Positions 24,836 through 39,800 are shown, counted from the first letter of the stretch. The stretch: 64,000 bases of DNA from Mobula hypostoma (GCF_963921235.1 NC_086107.1:93994001-94058000); one strand, 5' to 3'. Translations and numbers: made by a program. Notes: a model not told the origin generated them from the sequence alone.

Positions 24836-27800
24836 GTTGACTCTTGAACCCTGGTTATTTGTCAGTCCTGTTGGGTGCGGTCTTTCATTGCTTCTATTGT
24901 GTTTTTGGGGTTTACTGTGTACGCCTGCAAGAAAACGAACCTCAGGGGTGTATGTGGTGACATGTACGCACATTGATACTAAATTTACTTTGAATTTTGA
25001 ACATAGACACACAGACAAACACACAAGCTCACGCACAGATTACCCACCTGGAATGGGATCATAATATTTATTTGCTCACCCACTTTCTTAATGAGCGTGT
25101 GTCTCAGTACCCGCGGCAGCCAGATCTTGGGATGCTCTACAGAGTAAAACAAAAACAAATGAGGAGGGGTCAGCAATTCTGAGCAGCAACAGCTCAGTCC
25201 GGCCAGCAACACCATCGGTGATCAGACAGAACTCAAGCTTAACCAAAATCTCCACCCTCCACTGCCCAGTGGAGTCTCTCTCATCACTTGGTTCTCATTT
25301 TGCCTCCTGCAACTATCCTGTCGCTTCTAACATTCATTATTAACACTGCCAGTTCGGTGGGTTAGCGCGCACTCAGAAAATCGTGAGTTCGCGCTCCACT
25401 CCCAGTGTAATACTGAGGAATGCCACACTGGCTGAGGCTCCAGCCTTCAGATTAGACATTCGACTGAGACCTTTCCAGCTGGAAGACCATAAGATATAGG
25501 AGCAGAATTAGATCATTCAACCCATCGAGTCTGCTCCGCCATTTGATCGTGGCCGAACCATTTCCCTCTCAGGCCCATTCTCCTACTTTCTCGCTGTAAC
25601 CTTTCACGGCCTGACTTATCAAGAATCTACCAGCCTCCACTCAATGATACACTCAATGACCTGGCCTCCACAGCCGCCAGTACCAACAAATTCCACAGAT
25701 TCGCCACCCATTGGCTACAGAATTTCCCTCCCATCTCCATTCTAAATGGATATCCCTCATCTGTTCTGAGGTTATGCCCTCTTGTCCTAGACTGCTCCAC
25801 GATAGGAAACATTGTCTCCACATCCACTCTATCTAGGCCTTTCAGCATTCAATAGGTTTCAATGAGATCCCCCTTCATTCTCCTAAATTCCAGTGAGTTC
25901 AGGCCCAGAGCCATCAAACACTCCTCATATGATAAGCCTTTCAATCCCAGAATCATTTTCGTGAACCTCCTTTGAACCCTCTCCACGTCAGCACATCCTT
26001 TCTTAGATAAGGGGTCCAAAACTGCTCACAATACTCCAAGTGAGGCCTCAAGACTAGAACGGGTGTAACGCTGAGGCTTTATAAGTGACTGGTCCAACCA
26101 CGCTTATTGTATTGTGAGCAGTTTTGGACGCCACATCAGATGTGCTAGCATTGGAGAGGATCCAGGGGAGCTTTATGAGAATGATCCGAGAATGAAAGGG
26201 TTAACGTATAAAAGGAGCATTTGATGGCTCTGGTGCCTGCACTCACTGGAGTTACGAAGATTGATCAGAATCAGAATCAAGTTTAATATCACCAGCATAT
26301 GTCATGAAATATATGCCATGAAATGCGAGGGGAACTCATTGAAACCTAACAAAAACTGAAAGGCTTAAATGAAGGGGATGTGGAGAGGATGTTTCCAATA
26401 GTGTTCACCACTATTGGAAACACCCACTGGGGGGGGGGGGAACGGTCTAAGATCTGTGGGCACAGCCTCAGAATAGAAGAACGTCCCTTTCGGAACAGAG
26501 ATGAGGAAGAGTTCCCTTTGCCAGAGGGTGGTGAATCTGTGGAATTCATTGCCACAGATGGCTGTGAAGGCCAAGTCATTGGGTGTATTTAATTGGAGGT
26601 TAATAGGTTCTTGATTAGTAAGGGTGTCAAAGGTTACAGGGAGAAGGCAGGAGTACAGAGTTGAGAGGGAAAATAAATCAACCATGATTGAACGGCAGAG
26701 CAGACTCATTGGAGGTTGGCACTGGGTCCACCACTTTTCACATTATATGTTAATGATCTGGACAAAAGAATTGATGGCTTTGCAGCCAAGTTTGCAGATG
26801 ATATGTAGATAGGTGGAGGGGTAGGTAGTGTTGAGGAAGCAGGGAGACGGTAGAAGCACTGGAATAGATTGGCTGAATGGGCCAAGAAGTGGCAGATGGA
26901 ATACAGTGTAGGAAAGTCTGTGGTCATGCACTTTGGTGGAAGGAATAAAGGCGTAGACTATTTTTAAAAAGGGGAGCAAATTCAAAAATCAGGGGGTGAA
27001 AAGGAACTTCGGAGTCCTAGTGCAGGATCCCTTAAAGGTTAACTTGTGATTGTGCCGGGATGAGGAAGACAAATGCAACGTTAGCATCCATTTCAAGATG
27101 GTTAGATCCTTCGGAGTTCGCTGTCCAGGATGGTGTCGGTGGCAAGGCAGAGGTATAAGGATGAAGAGTCTCAGCCCAAAACATCAACTCTTTATTCCTT
27201 CTCCATAGATGCTGCCTGATTTGCTGAGTTTCTTCACGTTTAGTGTGCGTCGCAGACACCAAGATAATTAGCAAGTCACCAAAAGCAGATTTTTAAAATC
27301 TTTTTCAGTGATTCCACCAGCATACATCCAAGGCAGAGACATGGGAGTATGTTATGGATCATGGAGCAGGTTGAGGGGCTTTCTAGACGGCAGCACTTGC
27401 GTTTGGAGAGAGATGGTCTAAAGGAGATGTGTGGGACTAGGTTTTTTCTGCTCCCCACTCAGTGAGGAGCAGGTGCCTGAAACGGGCTGCCAAGGGAGAG
27501 TGGCGGAGGCCAATGTGATCTTCGTGTCGAAGAGACTGTCAGACACATGATTAGACGGGGAGTAGAGGTGACTTTTATGAGGGATTTGGACAGGCAGATC
27601 AACAGGGACGGAAGGGATTATAAACCATGTGCAGACAGAAGGGAGTAATCAGACTGGCATCAAGTTCAGAAATGGCATGGTAGGTCAAAGGCCCTGTTCC
27701 TGTGCGGTCATATTCCATGATCTTATCAGCTTACACCTAGTGTACCACACCACACAAATGTAACCTTGCCAATAATGTAAAAGCCAATCCCAAAATTTTT

Positions 27801-30800
27801 TTTCAGATATAACTATAAATAAAAGGGGAGGAGAAGATGGCGGCGCGATGCAGCGCACGCGCCCGCTCTGAATTGATATCGTATTTGTTAAATAGGGATC
27901 GTGCACAATCCTGATTTGATGGAGACGGACATGAGAAGCACGGAGGAACATCTGGAGAAACTTCTGAAGTGCCTGCTTCACTGCCGTTGCTACTGTGCGA
28001 TCGAGAATCTCAGGAGGGGAAGGCCCCAAATCCTCAGCTTTGCCTATTGCCTGTTGCTGGGGCCGGGTCGAAGCGCTCGGCAGAGATGGTGCTCGGTGCT
28101 CGGTGTCGGAGGGTTGGTCAGAGGCTCGAAGTTTTCGGACAGACTTGGAGTCGGACTGTGGTCGGGTGCTTCCAGGATGCTGCATCGGCAAGTTTGTGGT
28201 GCAGGAAGCTCATGGCAGGGAGAGTTTTTCTTCCTTCTACCATCTGCATGAGATGATGGGACTTTTGAGAGACTTTGTGACTTTTTTTACCATGCCCATG
28301 GTCTGTTCTTCTATCAAATTACAGTATTGTTTGCACTGTTGTAACTATATGTTATAATTATGTTGTTTTTGTCAGTTTTTTTTAGTCTTGGTTTGTCTTG
28401 TGTTTCTGTGATATCATTCTGGAGGAACAAATTGTATCATTTCTTAATGCATGCATTACTAAATGACAATAAAAGAGGACTGCATGTCCTCATAATCTAA
28501 TCTAATCTAATCTAAAATATAGAAATAAATATATATATATATGGGGTTGAATATATATGGGAATGAACAGGGTTGACAGGAATAATAAATCAGCCATAAT
28601 GGAATGGCGAAGCAAACTCGATGGTCTGAATGGCCCCATTCTTCTCCTTTGCCTAATGGTCATACGGTCCCCTCACACAGCCGCCCCGTGTACCAACTAC
28701 AGCGCACGTCAACGACCAGCTGAGTACCCTCCTGCCGCAGCTCCCACGGGACCACCCCCGCCAGCCCGCAGGGTTAGAGCCACACGTGCATGGGGTGTGG
28801 CGCCACCCACGAGCTCTGGCCCAGAACGCACGCCCCTCTTGGCTTTGGATGAGTCCTTGGCTCCAGGTAACGGAGGCGCCCTGCCCGGCTGTTTCTCTGC
28901 AAACACCACTTACGGACAATCTCGCGGATGGTCACCGGCTGAGACAGCAAAGCCGGCGGACTCTTTCCAGCGATGTTCACCGCCCGCACACGGAAGAAGA
29001 TTTTCTCCCCTGTAGGAAGGTCCTTGACTGTGTAACTCAGGCGCTCCACCAATTCCGTGTTGGCGGCAATCCACACATCGGCTGCAGAGAAGCACAAGGT
29101 CCAAGATGAAAGTTTATCAGTTTACTGTCAGATGCACCAGGGTGCAGTGAAATTCCTTGCTTAGAGTGAATGATATAAGACATTGGTATAAGATGGCTTA
29201 AGACATAGGAGCAGAATTAGTCCACTTGACCCATCAGGTGCTCCGCTATTCCACCATAACGGATTTAATTTCTCTCTCAACCTCATTCTCCAGTCTTCCC
29301 TCTGAACGTTTGGCTTTCTTACGAATCAAGAACCCATCAAGCTCTGCCTTAAATATACTAAATATTGGTGATAAAAAACAACAAAACTTTTACAGATGCA
29401 TCATAGAGAACATCCTATCTGGATGCATAACTTTATTTGTTTATTTACAGGACGTCGGGGTCACCAGCTATGCCAGCATTTATTGCCCATCCCTAATTGT
29501 CCTTGAGAAGGTGGTGATGAACTGCCTTCTTGAACCACTGCAGTCCCTGAGGTGTAGGTACACCCACAGTGCTGTTAGGGAGAGACTTCCATGATCTTGA
29601 CCCAGCGACAATGAAGGAACGCCGATATGTTTCCAAGTCAGGGTGGTGAGTGACTTGGAGGGGGATTTCCAAGTGGTGGTGTTCCCAAGTATCTGCTGTT
29701 CTCACCATTCTAGCTGGTAGTGCTTGTGGGTCTGGATGGTGCTGCCTTAGGAACATTGGCGTGTTGTTGCAGTGCATCTTGGAGATAGTACACACTGCTG
29801 CAACTGTTCATCGATGGTGGAGGGACTGGATTCTTGTGGAAGGAGTACCAATCAAGTGGGCTGCCTTGTACTGGATGCTGTCAAACTTCTTGAGTGTTGA
29901 TCGAGCTGCACTCATCCAGGTGAGTGGCGAGTATTTCATTACACTCCTGACCTGAGCCTTGGAGATGGTGGACAGGCTGTGGGGAGTCAGGAGGTGAGTT
30001 ACACACCACTGGATTCCTAGCCTCTGGCCTGCTCTCATAGCCGTGGTGTTTGTATGGCTAGACCAGTTCAGTTTGCTATCAATGGTAACCCCCAGGATGC
30101 TGGATTATACTGTAAAATTATTTTTCCTTCAGTTTAGCTCTCCTACGCTTGCTTGTATTTTTACATAATTATTGAGTAAATTTTTTTATGAGACCAAGCT
30201 TGCCTGCATCATAGGACACAATGATCTGGGGTGAAGATACTTCTCTACCAAAGGAGGTGTAAGGTGGTTCTTCCCTCCGCTAGCCTGCAGGTCACCCTTG
30301 GGCAAGATGTAGCACCTGCCTAGCCCCCTGATCAGGGTCACGTGAAGCCACGGAAGCAGATGGTGGATGGTCGTACGAGCAGCCGGTGCACATCACAAGT
30401 CCTGGTTATGCGACCACTGACGCCAGGCAGACAGTTTCTGAAGAGTACTGACAGTGGCTGGAGTCACCTGTCTTGTAAAGACACTGCCCAGAAGAGGCAA
30501 TGGGATGACAAACCACTTCTGTAGGAAAATTATATATGTCTGGGATTCCTGATGATATTGGCTGCTTTTCAGAAGCAGTGGGAAGTATAGAGGGGTTGCC
30601 GAGAAGATTTACTAGAATGCTGCCTGGATTAGACAGCATGTCTTATGAGGACGGGATGAGCGAGCGAGGGCTTTTCTCTAGGAGAATGAGAGGCAACTTG
30701 ACCGAGGTGGTACAAAATGATACGAGGTATGAGTGGACAGCCAAAGAGTAAACAAAGACTGACAAACATCTAATATACAAAAGAACACAAATAATGCAAA

Positions 30801-33800
30801 TATAAATATATAGATAAATAGATACATACAAACAACCTAAGCACATGAGTTGCAGGATCCTCGAAATTGGGTCAGTAAGTTGCAGAGTAGCACACAGAAA
30901 ATGCTGGAGGAACTCTGCAGGTCAGGCAGCATCTGTGGAGAGGACTAAACAGTCGATCCTCTCAGCCAAAACGTTGACTGTTTATTCCTTTCCATAGCTG
31001 CTGCCCGGCCTGCTGTGTTCCTCCAGCATTTTGTACGTATTACTCTGGATTTCCAGCATCTGCAAAAACCTCTTGTTTTTCTGTAGGTTGCAGAATCAGT
31101 TCGGAGTTGAAGTGAGTGAAGATTTCCACGCTGGTTCAGGAGCCTGATGGTTTGAAAGGTAATAACTGGTTGTGTGTGTTATAATTACAGGAAAAATGCA
31201 GCATAGATACACAATAATGTGCAAGGGCCACAACGAGGTAGACTGGGGGGGATAAGGAGTTCATCTTTTAGCATATCAGAGTCTGATAACGGGGAGATTG
31301 AAGCTGCCCTTGAACTTGGTGGTTTGTGTTTTCAAGGATGAATTAATTTCAGGAGCTCGGCTCTGATTTAATGGAACAAATCAGTAGTTTGGTACTTACA
31401 GCCTTCCTTTGCATATTCAATCAGGTATCCGTCCAGCCCACCAGGACCGACCTTCTCCGGCATTCTCCACTTTAGCGTGGTGGTGGTGTCAGTCACATCC
31501 TCGACCACCAAGTGCGTTGGCTCACTGGTGGTGCCTTAAGACAGGGAACAGATACTTAGTGCCCGATTCACTGTGGTCACTTGCCATGGGCATCAAGCCA
31601 TGGGACATATATTCATATCACGAAAACCAATTTTCCCCAGGATCAATAGAGTATGACTATGACTATTATATAGAACACAGAACAGTATAGGCCCTTCGGC
31701 CCACAATAGGGTTGCCAACTGACCCGTATTAGCCAGGACATCCCATATATTGGGCTAAATTGGTTTGTCCCATACGGGACTGCCCTTGTCCCGTATTTCC
31801 CCCGCTAAGGTAGAGCGTTCCTATGAAACCATTCATAAGCCGAAATGGCATAAAGCGAAGAAGCAATTACCATTAATTTAATTGGGAAAATTTTTTGAGT
31901 GTTCCCAGACCCAAAAAATAGCCTACCAAATCATACCAAATAACACATAAAACCTAAAATAACACTAACATATAGTAAAAGCAGGAATGATGTGATAAAT
32001 ACACAGCCTATATAAAGTAGAAATAAAATGTATGTACAGTGTAGTTTCACTTAACAGAATTGGGAAGATTAAGCCAAAACCAATTTGTAGAAAAAAATCG
32101 GCAAGTACATGCATACGCACATCATGTATGTGCACATCACGCATGCGCACACAGGTGCCCGCGCAAGGTTTCATGGACATGGTAGTCTTTCTCGGGGTAA
32201 ACACAAGTGTCCCGTATTTGACTGCTACTTTTGTCCTTTATTTGGAAATGAAAAAGTTGGCAACCCTAGCCCACAATGTTCTGCTAACCTAGATATATCT
32301 ACTCCACTATCAATCTAGCCCTTCTCTCCTATACAGCCCATGAACTATCAATTTTTCTACCATCCATGTGCCTAGCTATGAGTCCTGTAAGGCCCCTAAT
32401 ATACTTGCCCCTACCGCCACCTCCAGCACTCATGCACCCTTCACTCTCTCCTTAAAAAAAACCTCCTTCTGACATCCCCCCCACCATACTTTTCTCCGTT
32501 CAACTTAACAGAATGTCCTCTGGTCCAAGCAATACTGTACGATACAGGCCCTTCAGCCCATGGTGATAACCTAGCTCATCCCAATTTTCCGCATTCGGCC
32601 CTTATCCCTCATATGTCTTTCTTAAATGTTACTATTATACCTGCCCCAACCACTTCATCTGGTAGCTTGTCCCACATACTCACCACCTTCTGCCTCTCAG
32701 ATCCCTTCTAAACCCTTCCCCTCTCACTCTAACCTAATACCCTCTAATATTGGACTCCCCTACCCCGGGGAAGGCTGTGACCAAGCACCTTATCAATGCC
32801 TCTCATATTTTTAAACATTTCTAAAAGATCACACCTACGTTTCAAGGAATAAAGAGCAAGCCTGGCCGACCTCTAACTCAGGCCCCCTAGTCCTGGTGAC
32901 ATTCTTGCAGGGGTGCAGTGCTAGCTGGAGCACACCGGAGCGCGTCCGGCACATCTTTAAGAAGAAAGCCGAAATAAACAAGCTAATTAATTAGGTGCCA
33001 CCCAGGGTGATTTGAGTATCTCAGAAACTGCTGATCTCCTGGGATTTTTACGCACAACAGACTCTGGAGCTTACAAAGAATGGTGCTGAAAACAAAAAAA
33101 CATCCAGTGAGTGGCTGTTCTGTGAGAGAAAAAATCTTGTTAAATCAATTGGTGGATTTTTTTGTTTGTTTTCAGCATCATTCTTTGTAAACTCCAGAGC
33201 CTGTTGTGCATAAAAATCCCAGAAGATCAGCAGTTTCTGACATACTCAAATCACCCTGGGCGGCACCTAATTAAATAGCTTGTTTATTTCGGCTTTTCTC
33301 TAAAACATGTGCCGGATGCGCTCCAGTGCGCTCTGGCTAGCACTGCACCCCTGCATTCCTGTAAACCTCTCTGCCCTCTTTCCAGTTTAACCATGCCATT
33401 CCTGCATCAGGATGACCAGACTGTGCACAGCACTACAAGTGTGGCCACTCAATGCCTTACAGTGTCTGTCCTTATACAGGATGACCGGAACTCTACACGG
33501 TACTCCAAAAGTGCATCCTCACAAACGACTTGTGCAACTGCAACATGATCTCCTAGCTGCTGTACTCACTTGGTGCCAACAGTGGCCCAAAGCCACAACT
33601 CATGAACTCCGCCAGAATGAAAACTCTTCCTGAACCACATAGAAGTTGTTCCACTTCATCACCAGATGCAGCCACAAAGAGACTGCAGATGCAGGAATCT
33701 AGAGCAGCAGACACATCCTGATACGGAGTTCCACAGAACACACAACAGTACGGCACTGTACAGGTCCTTCAGCTCACTGGCCTGTTAACCTACATTCACA

Positions 33801-36800
33801 TCAATCTAACCCATCCCTCCCACATAGCCCTCCATTTTTCTTTCATCCATGTGCCTACCCAAGAGCCTCTGAAATGTCGCTAATGTATCTGTCTCTACCA
33901 CCTCCCCAGGCTAAGAACTTCTTAAATGTCCCTAATGTATCTGTCTCTACCACCCTCCCAGGATAAGAACTTCTTAAATGTCCTTAATGTATCTGCTCCT
34001 ACCACCTCTCCAGGATAAGAACTTCTTAAATGTCCTTAATGTATCTGTCTCTACCACCTCCCCAGGCAGGGTGTTCCATGCACCCACCACTCTCTGCGTA
34101 TAAATCGTATCTCTGTCATCTCCCCTATACTTTCCTCCAACCACCTTAAAATTGTGCCCTCTTGTATTAGCCATTTCTGCCCTGTGAAAAAGGTGCTGGC
34201 TGTCCACTCTACTTACAGCTCTTCCCATGTTATACACCTCTATCAAGTTGCCTCTCATCCTCCTTAGCTCCAGAGAGAAAAGACCCAGCTCACTCAACCT
34301 TTCCTCATAAATCATGCTCTCTATTCTAGGCAGAACCCAGGTATTTTCCTCTGCACCCTCTCTAAAGTGCCCACATCCTTCCTATAACGAGGCAACCAGA
34401 TCTGAGCACAATATTCCAAGTGTCATCTGACCAGAGTTTTATAGAGCTGCAACATTTTGTTACGGCTCTTAAACTCAATCCCCTGAATAATGAGGGCCAA
34501 CACACCATATGCCTTCTTAACCACCCTATCAATTTGTGCGGTTACCTTCACACTGTTCCTCCACACTGCTAAGAAACCCGCCATTAACCCTGTACTCTTC
34601 CTTCAAGTTCAACCTTCCAAAGTTTCTCACTTCACACTTTTCTTGATTAAATTACGTCCACCACTTCCTATAAGACATTTGTTTGCCCCATCAGACACAG
34701 CCAGCCACCACTGAGATTCCAGCCCTTCACTCACCAATGGGCATGAATGGCCTTGAAGAAATACTTGGCGGAGAGATACCGATCCCGTTCATGGCAAACA
34801 CTCGCATCTCATACAGACAACCCTCTATCATCCGCGTGGCCGTGAAGGTCAGCTCTTCCAAGGGATCGAAGTTTAACTTCATCCATCTCGAGCTGGTCTT
34901 CTTTTTCCTTTCCAGTAAGTAACCTGCAGGAGGAGAAAAGGAAGAAAAAATGTCCCTTTGAGGCTGGGGAGGATTTATGTCACGATGCCTCTCCCTTGCC
35001 CTCCCTGTAGAGCAATAAGATGGACCACTTGCTATGAAAGCTGGAGACCCTCCTCCCTTAGAAAATGGAGAGGCTCCTGTGTACCCATAAAGCTCGTGGG
35101 AATCTTTCTTTGACCAGTAAAGAGAAAGATAGAGAGATAAAGATTGGCTTTATTTGTCACATGCTCAAAGTTCAAAGTACATTTACTATCCATAAGACAT
35201 AGGAGCAGAATTAGGCCATTTGGCCCATCGAGTCTGCTCTGCAAAGTATGTATACTATTTACAACCTTCAGATTTGTCCTCTTACAGACAGCCACGAAAC
35301 AAAGAAACCCATGCAACCCATTAAAAAGACCATCAAGCACCCAAAAATAAAAGTACTTTTTGTTGAGTTCACTCAACAATAAAAAGTAAGCAAATAACAT
35401 TCAAAACTAAAGTTATACCCACCACCCTCTGTATGAAAAAGGTGCTCCTCTGGTCCCTTTTAAGTCTTTCCCCTTTCACCCCAAATACCTGCCACTTCTT
35501 TTGGACCCCCCCCCCCACTCTGGGCAAAAGACTATTACCATCCACTTCATCTGTGCCTCCCATAATGTTAAACACTTCTATATAACCACACAAGCCTGTT
35601 CAACCTTTAGCTGATGATAGTTTACTGGTCATCCATCTGCACAGCCCCACCATCAGACCTGGTTACTGGTTAGAAAACTAATCATTGCAGAAATGGGTGC
35701 TTTATCTTCAGCTGTCTTTTCCATTGCTGGGAGACATCCCAAGGCCTTGCTCATCAAAGTGCACAAAGGCAATTGCTCGCAACTTATAGTCCACTGAAGG
35801 AAGGCAATTCCTAGCAACTTCCCAGTTCTTCATTGAAGTGGCGGGAACCTGGGCCACGTCTGTACCTGTAACGGGCTGACCACCATCGTACTTCGGAGCG
35901 TCCCATGTTGCTGTGCACCAGTCGTCTCCAATGCCAGTGATCCTGACGTTCTCAGGAGGATCGGGGATATCTGCAACAGAAAGGTATAATGCAGGAGGCC
36001 ACGCACACACCAGTGGAAAATCATAAATGTTAAAGATTACCTTTGTTTGTCACAGGTACATCAAAACATACAGTGAAATGCTCACGTCAACAACCAACAC
36101 AGTCCGAGGCTGTGCTGGAGGTAGCCCGCAAGTCTCGCCACACCTCTGGCGCCAATGCAGCGTGCCCACAACTTACTAACCCTACATGTACACCTTTGAA
36201 ATGTGGGAGGGAACTGGAGCATCCGGAAGAAACCCATGTGGTCACGGGGAGACAGACGTACAAACTTCTTACAGACAGTGGTGGGAATTGAACCCTGATC
36301 TCATAGCTGGCTCTGTAAGGCGTTATGCTGAACGCTACTCGACTGTGCTGCCCCAAGAGCCCCGGATCACAACTGGGTAGAAGATACAGTACTGTGCAAA
36401 ACTCTTAGGCACATATATATAGTTAGGGTGCTTAAGGCTTTTGCACAGTATTGTAGTAATTTTATGTATTGCACGGTACTGTTGCCGCAAAGAAAACACA
36501 AATTTCAAATAAACCCGATTCTGATATGGGTCTCTAACGTGGACTGAGAGCGGGAAGGGGGTAGGGAGAGGGGAGAGAGCAGAAAGCACCAGAGAAATAT
36601 TCTGTTTTGGAATCAAATGACCTTGCTGGTGTCTCAGAGCTGGGTGTATCTGTACCTGGCATTTCCCCCCTACCAACTGCCCCACATCCCTCCCACCACT
36701 CCCAGCATCATTTGCTCCCGACAGATTTACAAAGTCACTCTCCACTCCACATTGACCAACAGTAGTGTGCAAAAGTCTTAGGCACCCTAGCTATATATGT

Positions 36801-39800
36801 ATAGCTAAAACTTTTACAAAGTAATGCAGGTCGGCACAGATTATTTTATTTTTATTTAAAGACACAGAACAGTAACAGGCCCTTCTGGACCAATGAGCTG
36901 CCCCAATTACACCCATGTGACCAATTAACCTCTTCACCCATCCATCTTTGTAATGTGGGAGGAAACCAGAGCACCCAGAGGAAACCCACATGGTCATGGG
37001 GAAAATGTACGAACTGCTCTCAGAAAGCAGTAGGAATTAATCCGGAGTCACTAGTACTGTAATAGGGGTACAGTAACCACTATCCCATGGTGCTGCCCCT
37101 GGTTATTATCCTCACTGGAATAGATTTCAAAGCCCTGTTAACAGCCACATCCATGAGTCAGCATTGTGTTCTTGGGTTAAAGATAGTTACCGATTCATTT
37201 TAACAATCGCATACAAGCCAGGCATAGGACAAGATGCAGAGGAGGGCTGGCTCGTGGTTTAACCTCAGAGATTGCCAATGAAACAAATTTGTCAACAGTG
37301 GGAGTAATTAATAACCCTTTATGAGTGGAAAACTCTCAATTTTCATTCCAAAATTATCCTCCTGCTTCCAAAAAAACAAGCAAGAAATGGTTTGATTTGC
37401 TGGTCAATTTCACCCGTTTCCCTACCAGACATCGCAGCTTTTCGCCAAACCGACCCCGCCCCCTCGTGGTTGACAAGACGTACCAACAACTTTGAGGTAG
37501 AGGGTAGCTTTATCTTCGCCTGCTGGGTTCTTGACCAAAATGTTGTACTTTGCCTCGTCCTCCCTCAGGGCTCCTTCCAAGATAAAGCTGCTATGGTTCT
37601 CCTTGGTCTCAATACGGCAGCGTCCGTCTGTCTCTGTGAATTCCTGGGTGGAGATTAGGGAGAGGTTTACTTCAAATTCGGAATCTCGCAAACAGGTTTG
37701 TCATCACTGTCTAATATGGAACCACAGGAACAAGGAGTCACAGAGTTGGAGAGTCATAGAACATAGACATGGTCTTATGTTATACATACTTCAGCCCACA
37801 ATATTGTGCTGATCTTTTAATTTATTCTAAGATCAGTCTAACCCTTCCCTTCTACTAGCCCTCCATTTTTCTACCATCCATGTGCCTATATGCTCCCGAT
37901 GTATCTGCCTCTACCACCACCCCTGGCAGGGTATATAGAGTAACACAACACAGAATGAGGCCCTTCGGCCCAACTGGTGTATGCTGACCACAACCTCCTC
38001 TCTGCCGGTTGTGGTTGCCTGTGTTGAGCTCATAACCAAGCCCCTCCCCTCCATGTACCTCTCCAAATGCCGGCTTAAATGTTGTAATTCTACATGAAGC
38101 AAACTTTGTTACCAAGGGCAAGGTTACTGTCCATTACAAAACGAATCAATAAATAGTCCCCTCGATAGTGTAGCGGTTAGCACAAGAAGACCACAACCTC
38201 ATCGTAGGATTTGGAGGCTTGCATGCCTCAGTGACCCAGAGAGCTACACTGGCTGGAGACAAGGCCTTGCACTTTGGCTCTTGGTAGGGTCACCCATGCC
38301 AAACAGGTCAAAGGGTAGAGGCCAGACTAAGAGTGGTCCACCGGTCCTCCAGGTTCGGGGGTTCAGCTCAGGGCTAACAACCCTGACTGGTAATATAAAA
38401 TACTTACGGAAACAGAAATGGAGAATTCTTCTAATTTGAGTGCGACAGTATTCCTGAGTCTCCACCTGGGACTTGCATGACTGACAGTAGTGAAAACCGA
38501 GAGGAAGCTACTGACATGATGAAGGAAGCCCTGAACACCACCAGAGACGGAGGACCTTCATCGTTGCCCTAAACGCCAGCGGCGTATCGGGTAGTGAGCA
38601 AGTAAAGCTTGGGGCATCGGACTTCGGGGATCAATTCCAGCTGCTCGGTAAGAAAGTTTCTACGTTCTTCCTGTGCGTGTGTTTCCTTCCACAGTCCAAA
38701 GACGTATCGGTTAGTAGGTTAGTCAGTCATTGCAAATTGTCCTGTGATTAGGTTAGGGTTAAATCGGTGGTTTGCTGGGCTGAGAGGCTCGCTGGGCCGG
38801 AATGATCTATTCTGCACTGTATTTCGGAATAAGTAAATAATAGTGACAGAAGGGAACGACCGGGTAGTGTTCATAGGCCCATGGACCATTCAGAAATCTG
38901 ATTGCGGAGGCAAAGAAGCTGATCCTGAACTGGTGAGTGTGGGTCTTCAGTCTCCTGTACCTCCTCCCTGATCCAGACCATATCCTCATTGTTGCAGGAG
39001 ACTTCAATCATGCTTTTCGTTGTGTTGGCTTTATTTTGTTTATCTTTGATTGTGGTCTTTATGCTAATTGTGTGTTTTTTTTAAATGCTGCATTGGATCC
39101 GGAGTAACAATCACGTTGTTCTCCTTTATATTCGCGTACTGAAGAATGGCAATAAATGAGTGGTGAGTGCTCGTGGACGCTGCATTCTTGAGCCAATTGT
39201 GGCCCCTTGAAGATGTCCTCGATGCCGGGAAGGGCTGCGCCCATGATGAAGCTGGCTGTGACTACAACTATTCTCTATAGTTCAGTAGTCCAACTTAACA
39301 TCAGAGAATTGTATACAATAAACACCCTGAAATTCTTTTTCTTCACAGGCATCCACGAAAGACAGAAGTGTGCCCCAAAGAATGAGCGACAGTTAAAACA
39401 TAAGAGCCCCAAATACCCTTCCCTCCACTCCCTGTTACTCCGCTGTAGTGTGATTGACAGCGTCCGGTCACCAGCTCAGTCGCACTGTGCCACGGTGTTC
39501 GGGCACTACAGATTAAAACTTGCTCTTGGGACCTGGCTGGTGCCAGACCACAGAAACTGTCACCCATCACCTTGTTCTGAGCGAGAGAACTGTTGTTTTG
39601 AAGTGCAGACTGATTAGGGCACGTAAGGATTCCAAGAAACGTCAGTAACCCAGTTTTAGAGATGCTGCTGGTTGAGACTACAAAAACTACTTCGGTACGT
39701 TAACAGATTAGCACAGATCGCAGTTAACGTTGGATCTTAGTTAAACCTCATTTAGAATTCAAAGTTCAAAGTTCAAAGTAAATTTCCTATCGAAGTAATG

